Source: Octopus sinensis
Taxonomy: Eukaryota
NCBI RefSeq assembly: GCF_006345805.1
Contig: NW_021835157.1
Coordinates: 1-42,012 of the forward strand
Direction: 5' to 3'
Length of the DNA: 42,012 nucleotides
A model generated the notes under the pieces. It saw only the letters and a program-made list of their open reading frames with translations. It did no database searches and was not told where the DNA came from. How positions within the stretch are numbered: the first letter of the stretch is position 1; each line of letters opens with the position of its first letter. This document shows positions 35,403 through 42,012 of the stretch, one piece after another. The translations under genes were made by a program, and so were the position numbers.

Positions 35403-36318
35403 GAATGTCTGTGCCACGTTGCGTAAACCAAAAGGCATACACGGGAATTCAAACATTCTGAAGCGTGTAGTAACTGCTGTCTTCGGGATGTCCACAGGTT
35501 CCACTGGGATTTGGTTGTATGCTCGCACAAGGTCGATCTTGGAAAAGATGCAAGCTCCATGCAGCGAGCTAGAAAAATCCTGCAAATAGGGCACTGGATA
35601 TGCATCACTTACAGTACAGTACACCGCAAACCCGCCAATCGGTCGATGATATTTTGGGGATTCAGTGTATCAGCGAGGACCAGTTGCTGCTGGAAGGGCG
35701 GATGATTCCAAGGTCAAGCATGTGCTGGAATTCCCACTTGACGGCCTTGAGACGATCACGTGGTATCCTTCTGAGCCTTGCAGCAACAGGTGGACCGCTG
35801 GTTTTGATGTGGTGGGTGACTTTGTGCTTGATCGACTGGTTGTGGAACACTGGTCGAGCAACATCCGGATATTCTTTCAGGATAGAACTGTGACGAGTTG
35901 TTGTGGGCAATATAGTTTGGCTGACTGTGGCCATACGAGCGGCCAAACCGCGCACAGTAAGCTGCGTGGTGCTGTCGACAAGTTGTCTGTTTTTAATGTC
36001 TACCAGGAGACTGAAATAATGCAGGAAATCGGCTCCTAAAATAGGGGTCGGCAGTTCAGCAATGACAAAAACCCACTGAAAGGTGCGGCATAGTCCTAAG
36101 TTCAACGTTAGGGACTGTTCACTGTAGGTTGGAATGGGTGAGTGGTTAACTGCCTGAAGACAGACTGGTGTCCCTTTTCTTTTTCCTGAAGTGTTGGAAA
36201 CAGGGATGATGCGGACTTCTGCGCTGGTGTCAACCAAGAAACGCATGCCTGTTACACGATCACAAACGAAAAACAGGCGATTTTGTGGGTGTGAGCCGGG
36301 AACTTCCATCACGTTCAA
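35403..36318 (-). pseudogene. pol: Element A pol, 5' part: aspartic protease and RT first half
   Basis: FLVDTSAEV (degenerate DTG motif), GLCRTFQWVFVIA, PILGADFL, IIRPSSSNWSS, YPVPYLQDF, MPFGLRNVAQT. Confidence 0.9.
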
Positions 36319-36337
36319 TTCCTGGCTGTGTCATTTC

Positions 36338-36410
36338 AAATTCACTCCTTCACCAAATGCTGAAGGAATATCAAGTTCATTCCTTCAGCATATGGTGAAG
36401 GAATGAATTT
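36338..36410. other. 73-nt hairpin with 32-bp arms and 9-nt loop
   Basis: AAATTCACTCCTTCACCAAATGCTGAAGGAAT-atcaagttc-ATTCCTTCAGCATATGGTGAAGGAATGAATTT, 2 mismatches. Confidence 0.9.
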
Positions 36411-36687
36411 AGCAATAGAGAGACAACTTCAGACATGTTTCACTGTTGAGACCTCTTCATTGTAAAAGCTTAACCGTGACAGCCAAATTGTTGATGATTA
36501 AAAAGTTTTAATGAGTGGACACAGAATGGCGTGGCAACTGGAAACAGAACAGTGCTCTATATTTTCTCTATTGTACCTCCTTGATCGTACTTTAGCCTTT
36601 CAACACCTACAATAATCCCTACATAACCCTTTTGATTCCTCACTCCATTTAGTAGGAGTTTTTTCTTTTTCTGTCTCGGACATTACT

Positions 36688-36873
36688 TGGCAACCTCACT
36701 CGTAATGACGGCAGGAAAATTTCCCCCAGTCCACTCTGTAAAGTGGTTGGCATTAGGAAGGGCACCGAGCAATAGAAACCATGCCAAAGCTGACCCTAGA
36801 GGTCAATGCTGCTCACCAGATCCTGTCAAAGTATTCAACATATTCCTTTATGGAAAATTGATGACGATGATGA
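36688..36873 (+). mobile_element. Decayed 3' tail of an RTE-related LINE or SINE ending in (GAT)n
   Basis: TAAAGTGGTTGGCATTAGGAAGGGCA..TAGAAACC..CCTGTCAAA..ATGGAAA..GATGACGATGATGA resembles RTE-type 3' ends with a trinucleotide tail. Recognised from memory, not searched. Confidence 0.4.
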
Positions 36874-36884
36874 CAGTGGTGGTG

Positions 36885-38160
36885 GTTGACATTGCTTATA
36901 TTAATCTAATGTGCAAAGAGAGAGATTTGGAGATGCCACTAAGAAAGGTTGCTCAATAAAGAGAATGAATGGGAGAAAGAGAGTTTACCGAATGCTGACC
37001 CAACAGAGAGACCAGCTATCTGAGTTGACAGTACCTTGGTAGATAAAGCAATTAAGAGTATGAAGACAGGGAAAGCCACTGGCCCATCAGGAATCACTTC
37101 AGAGACACTCAAAATATCTGGCATGTCGGCTATAGCCTAGTTACCCAATTAGTTAACCAGGTGATACACAAAGGAGTCATACCCAATGACTGGTGTAGCA
37201 GCATAATAGTCAACTGCTACAAAGGTAAAGGTGACGCCTTAGATACAAATAATTACAGAGGTATCAAGCTGTTGGATCAGGTAATGAAGGTTATGGAGAG
37301 GGTCATAGCCTAACTGATTAGGGAGAGAGTTAGTTTAGATGAGGTGCAGTTTGGGTTCGTGCAGGGAAAAGTACCACTGATGCTATATTTCTGGTAAGAC
37401 AGCTGCAGGAGAAATACCTAGCCAAAGATAAACCTCTGTACCTGGCTTTCGTTGACATAGAGAAAGCCTTTGACAGGGTCCCACAATCCCTTATCTGGTG
37501 GTCAATGAGGAAACTAGGGATAGATGAATGGTTAGTGAGAGCTGTGCGAGCCATGTACGGGGACGCTATCAGTAAGGTGAGGGTTGGCAACGAGTACAGT
37601 GAAGAATTCCGGGTAGAGGTAGGGGTCCACCAAGGTTCAGTCCTTAATCCCCTCCTATTTTTCATAGTCCTCCAGGCAATAACAGAGGAATTCAAGACAA
37701 GATGTCCCTGGGAGCTCCTCTATGCTGACGACCTTGCTCTAATAGCTGAGTCACTATCAGAAATCGAGGAAAAGTTTCAGGTGTGGAAACAAGGAATTAG
37801 AATTGAAGGGCCTTAGAGTCAACCTAGCTAAAACCAAAGTCGTAATCAGTAGGAAGGTAGACAAATCACAAACGCCTTCAGGTAGATGGCCCTGCTCGAT
37901 CTGTAGAAAAGGTGTATATAGAAACTCTATAAGATGTACCCAGTGTAAGCTATGGATACATAAGAGGTGCAGCAATATCAAAGGAAGGCTAACTGGGAAG
38001 ATAGTTTTTGTATATGGCAGATGCTTAGGAGCAATAAACACTGAAAATCTCCAGAAAACAACTTCTGCAACATTCCAGGGAGAAAAACTAGAAGTAGTTG
38101 ATAGCTTCCATTACTTAGGTGACCAAGTCAGTAGTGGGGTGGATGCTCTGAAAGTGTAGC
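36885..38160 (+). mobile_element. RTE-clade LINE internal fragment (RT domain), truncated at both ends, frameshifted
   Basis: WRCH*ERLLNKENEW, GKATGPSGI, YKGKGDALDTNNYRGIKLL, AFVDIEKAFDRVP, VGVHQGSVLNPLLF, WELLYADDLAL, GLRVNLAKTK, EVVDSFHYLGD. Confidence 0.9.
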
Positions 38161-39259
38161 TGTCACAACTCTGAGCAAAAGTGAAACTTGAATCTTTATT
38201 TAATCGTTTTTAAGCCGTTGATTGGTTTAACAACAACTTTGTATGACATCAGTGTTTTTCCGAGAAAAACACTTCCCCTCTGCCCTCTTTTAACACAATT
38301 TACTTGTATGAAAACTTTGTGATAAAAGTTTATTATTATCATTTACTGTAGTGTGATGGAGGAAAAGGACAACAGAAAAGGAAGCAAATGGGAAAAATAC
38401 AAAAGGCCTGACCTGTTGACCTCGGCAGAATCAGCGGTCACTCTCACGAATTAAACACGTCTTGTCTCTCTGCTCGAACTGACCCCATGCGCTTCCTGCC
38501 TACGCACGCCCTCTGCCTGTCTCACCGGCCCCTGCAAGTCTTACTTTCGTCCACTTCATCTGCAATCCCCTCCACCAACACCACATAGCTCCATCACAGC
38601 CCATGACACTACTAACACCACATTTACAACAGACAAAATGGAAAGAAAAAAAACATATAAAGGAAGTGACTGATAAAGAGAGTGTTAGCAATATTGTTTT
38701 CTTCATTGCTATCTTCACTGTTTGAGAGAAATATTAAGAATGATCTTGTTTGAGATTACAAACATCTTTGGCTAGTTTAACCCTGTTGTGTCCACTATTT
38801 TGATTGGTTAGCATCTAAGTGCGTTCTGTCTCTCTACTTACTTCGCGCCAGTGTGTAAACTGACCGATCACGGCTTTCGGATAGGACCTTTCATTTGAGC
38901 CATCTTAACTCCATAAATAGACTGATTATTTGATGATTCACTGTCTTTCGGCTTAAGACCTTTTAAGGTCTTGGTCGGAGACCACACAGAGCTTACTCAA
39001 CCATGTTCCAGTTCGAAAGGCAGACGACAGCCAAGCCAAACATAATGTGAAGACGCTATTGTAAACCAGGTGACAGACATAACGTCATCACAACATCGTC
39101 TCTATCTACAAAGATTCAACTTGTACACAACAAGATAAATACAGATTCAACTCATGCTGTTAGTGTGAAAATCTCACCACAGAAAAACAGTTACAGTATA
39201 TATATCTGAAAGAATATCTATATCAAGAGAAAAAATATGCACCACAGCTCCTTTATAGG

Positions 39260-40259
39260 ATCCAGTTAGCTCAAGACATCATCAGGAGGAACCACGTCCG
39301 GTTTCAGCCCCTACTCCTCTACTGTTTTGAAGTGGCGGCCGCCCCGCTTCCGGAGGTGTCTTCAGCTCTGGTGTTGGGTGCATGTCTTCTTTCTTCTTCT
39401 TTCTTCTGTTCCCTGGCCTCTTCGATGTATCGTCAGCGAGTGTCAGTCGGTGACTGACTGACTTGTCAATTTTTCCCTTTAAATACCTGCTGCTAGGCTC
39501 CAGCAGGCAGCCCCAGCAAGTTGTCACGTGACACTGTCTCACCTTAACTGTCTAGTGAAGGCGCGTAGTTTTAGTCCGCGCATTTTCTAAATGACCGTCA
39601 CCTGTCAGTCAGTGAAGCTGATTCAGTGTCAGCTTGTCTCATCTAGTGATGTTATTTCCCACCGGCATGTTATGACTTTCAAGCCATTTTCGGTCTTCCC
39701 GCTTCAGCCATATTATAGAAGCTGGCTTTTTCGACCACCTCCTGTACTCTCCTTATTAGTTTTTGCAGCTCGGAGCTAGAAAAAAAAAATCTTCTTTTGA
39801 AAAGCATTGTCATTTTCCTTTCAACGAAGCCCCTAGCCCCCACTGCCAGGTGATAATATTCAACATTCCATCCCTGTTCTCTGCATTCTTCGATTAGGTT
39901 TTCGTACCTCTTCTCCTTTCGTTTCTCTGCATTGCCGATGTTCTCTTCCCAAGGTACTGTCAGTTCGAGTAAAATTCCTATTCTCCGGTCTCTGTCCCAT
40001 AGGACTAAATCTGGTCTTTTTGTCGTTTTTATTAGTGGAAATATTACTTGTCTTTCCAAGTCCGTGGCCACCTCCCAGTATCCTTTCCATCTTTCGTCTA
40101 TCTCGTATACTTTACTTGTAGGCCTGGTTTTGTAACCGTTTCCCTCCTTGTGGAAGTATACTTTCCTGCGCTTTTATACTTTTGGGTACTCTCCCCTATT
40201 GTACTTCTCAATCTTCTCCTTGAGTGCTGCGCTTATGACGCCTAGGACTTGATTATGCC
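39260..40259 (-). mobile_element. 3' fragment of an RLE-type (Hero-like) non-LTR retrotransposon with restriction-like endonuclease
   Basis: (R)HNQVLGVI, then RPDLVLW...ILLELTVPWEENI...RKEKRY..L...C...GW...VGARGF (PD-(D/E)xK RLE signature). The ORF ends near 39640 after a frameshift. The extent of the 3' UTR is uncertain. Confidence 0.8.
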
Positions 40260-40889
40260 AACAAAGCACGTGGAGTTCTGTTTTTGATTCAACGGTCATT
40301 CAGAATACTCACAGCAGCCATATTCCTACCGGTCTGTGTCACGCTGGTGAGACCCATATTGGAGTACGGGATTCAAGCCTCTTCTCCTTATCTCCTCAAA
40401 GACATACAGCATCTCGAAAGAGTCCAGAAGCTGGCTACCCACATGGTTCTCGGTCTCAAGAATTTGTCTTATGAAGAAAGGCTGAAGACGCTCGACCTTT
40501 ATTCTCTAGAAAAACGACGACGCCGTGGAGATCTAATTCTCGCTCACAACATCATAAGCGGAAAGTGTAACCTCTCGAAAGAGCTGTTCTTCACTCCTGC
40601 TCCAGAACGTCGGCTGCGGGGTCACTCCGAAAAGCTCTATCTGCGACGATTTCATCTCAATCGAAGGAGAGGGGCTTTCTCCGTCCGGGTTGCGGATCCA
40701 TGGAATAAGCTGCCGGACAAGATAGTGAAGATACCGATGACTGCTCGGTTCAAAGTCTCTCTTCCCCAGAAATGGCCTGAACTCTTTGTATGAACACCCT
40801 CCTTGTACATAACTCCATGTCCCCCTACATGGCCTTGCTTTTGCTTTTTGAGCCAAAAAAAAATTAAAATTAAAATTAAAATTAAAATT
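40257..40889 (+). mobile_element. 5'-truncated CR1-clade LINE 3' end (second family) with 3' stem-loop and (AAAATT)n tail
   Basis: ANKARGVLFLIQRSF, LVRPILEY, LERVQKLAT, YEERLKTLDLYSLEKRRRRGDLI, LRGHSEKL, FSVRVADPWNKLP. Hairpin CCATGT-ccccct-ACATGG in the 3' UTR and tandem tail at 40858-40889. Confidence 0.9.
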
Positions 40890-41065
40890 ATGCCGCCATG
40901 TATATGTTTCTAGTGCTAGTCTGCACTTTGACAGAACATGTCTAACCGTCTACTGAAATAGCAGATGTCAAAAATATCAGACGACCACTAGAAAACCTGA
41001 CATGCTAGGAACAACAGCTAAACGAAATTATTATAATATTTTTTATTGTTTTTGGCTAGTTTTTC

Positions 41066-42012
41066 AGAGCTTTTTGGTTTGAACGGCAGTTTTTAACATA
41101 ATTTTTAGGTAGCTAAAAAATTTTAAACTTCCTATACTGGTAGAATGTGCTTATAAAACATCTTTTTCTCTTGGTTTTATTGAGAAAATTCTATTGTTTG
41201 TAAGATATATGTTGTTTTTTATTTTCAATTTCTGCAATTTCAACCAATCAATGACATCTATTGAGGTAAAAAAACATTCTGTGCCGTATGAATATGCCCC
41301 TCGTTTAAGAAACAGATTGGGTTTATTTACCTTTGTGAAGAAAAAAGATACCCTTCCCCCCACCCCTAACCCTAACCCTAAAACAGATTGAAATTCAATA
41401 GATCGATACTAGGGTCATAATTATGGGTGACAATTTCATATGACATCGCAAGAAAAATTGCCGTTCAAACCGAAAAGATCCGTGAATGAGAATAAGAATG
41501 AAGGGTTAAAAAAAGGGTAAAAACAATTGAAAATGAAACAAAATTGAAGCCAAAACACTAAAAATTATTGAAAGTGGGTAGAAATAAACATACGCTAGAA
41601 TATCTAGAAAGTGGAATGTGAAAAATTCGGATCTGGGGTATTTTCCGAAAGTCCTCTCCCAACAAATTACTTTATAATCGTAACGTATGCCGTTTCAAAG
41701 GTATTTATATAAAATTTCATTAAAAAAATTTTTTTTAATTTTCCTAAAGGTTATGAGGGGAAAACTTGGATTTTGTGAATTTTCTGAAGTCCTCTACCTA
41801 CCTCCCGTTGCTTTGCACGCATTTTTTTTCATATTCGTTTCCTAAACGTTGTTTTAAACCCATTCCAGTATTTGGATCTCTTCCTTTTGAACGGCAGATG
41901 TCAACACAATTTCTAGTTAACTAAACACTTTTAAACTTTGTATACTGGTAGAATGTGTTTATAAAACATCATTTTTTCTTGGCTTTGTTGAGACAATTCT
42001 ATATGTTGTAAC
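41066..42012. repeat. Cluster of short non-autonomous interspersed repeats sharing a TTTGAACGGCA motif; one contains (CCCTAA)n
   Basis: TTTGAACGGCA near 41078 (+), near 41460 (-) and near 41887 (+). 41079-41200 and 41887-42012 are diverged direct copies. CCCCTAACCCTAACCCTAA near 41363-41381. Family not identified. Confidence 0.5.

Larger units (their letters stand above)
27455..36335 (-). mobile_element. Ty3/Gypsy LTR retrotransposon A (CsRn1/Kabuki-like), lacking gag and 5' LTR here, interrupted by nested element B at 30759-35402
   Basis: Protease RLFFVCD..GMRFLVDTSAEV, RT (SKIDLVRAYNQIP, MPFGLRN.AQTF|QRFID, YIDDIL), RNase H (DASDFGIGGVLQQ, YTDHKPL), integrase ([36 protein letters not shown]) and GPY/F module. 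Many stops and frameshifts. Confidence 0.9.

Noticed and set aside
38161-39260. 1.1-kb unassigned segment, possibly a host exon or DNA transposon
   Set aside because: No convincing ORF, terminal repeat or RNA-gene signature could be recognised by eye, so it is left unannotated.
41363-41381. Chromosome end or true telomere
   Set aside because: Only about 3 repeats, embedded in an interspersed repeat with ordinary sequence on both sides.

Overview
Animal (eukaryotic) repetitive DNA with no recognisable host protein-coding gene. The dense (TA)n/(CA)n microsatellites and the mix of CR1, RTE, RLE-type LINE and Ty3/Gypsy remnants suggest an invertebrate, possibly a cephalopod mollusc; this is inference, not a database result. 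Layout from left to right: (i) 716-23140, a 22.4-kb head-to-tail satellite of a 37-bp unit (about 600 copies). Each unit is an imperfect hairpin, the array has clear higher-order repeats, and all short ORFs in it are spurious. (ii) 23200-26525, a decayed CR1-clade LINE on the minus strand (APE + RT), flanked by (TA)n at both ends. (iii) 26560-27256, a 340-bp-arm inverted repeat. Each arm carries a minimal type I hammerhead ribozyme motif of the Penelope-like-element kind, and the 17-nt spacer is almost entirely telomeric repeat (CCTAACCCTAACCC). This is the most striking feature. (iv) 27455-36335, a CsRn1-like Gypsy element whose RT is split by a full-length, mutationally inactivated nested Mag-like Gypsy element (30759-35402, 5-bp TSD GAATG, tRNA-Leu PBS, PPT). 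(v) A 73-nt near-perfect hairpin, an RTE LINE fragment with a PHD-like Cys/His insertion in RT, a Hero-like RLE LINE 3' fragment fused head-to-head to a second CR1 fragment, and small non-autonomous repeats. All TE ORFs carry stops or frameshifts. Family assignments come from motif recognition by eye.
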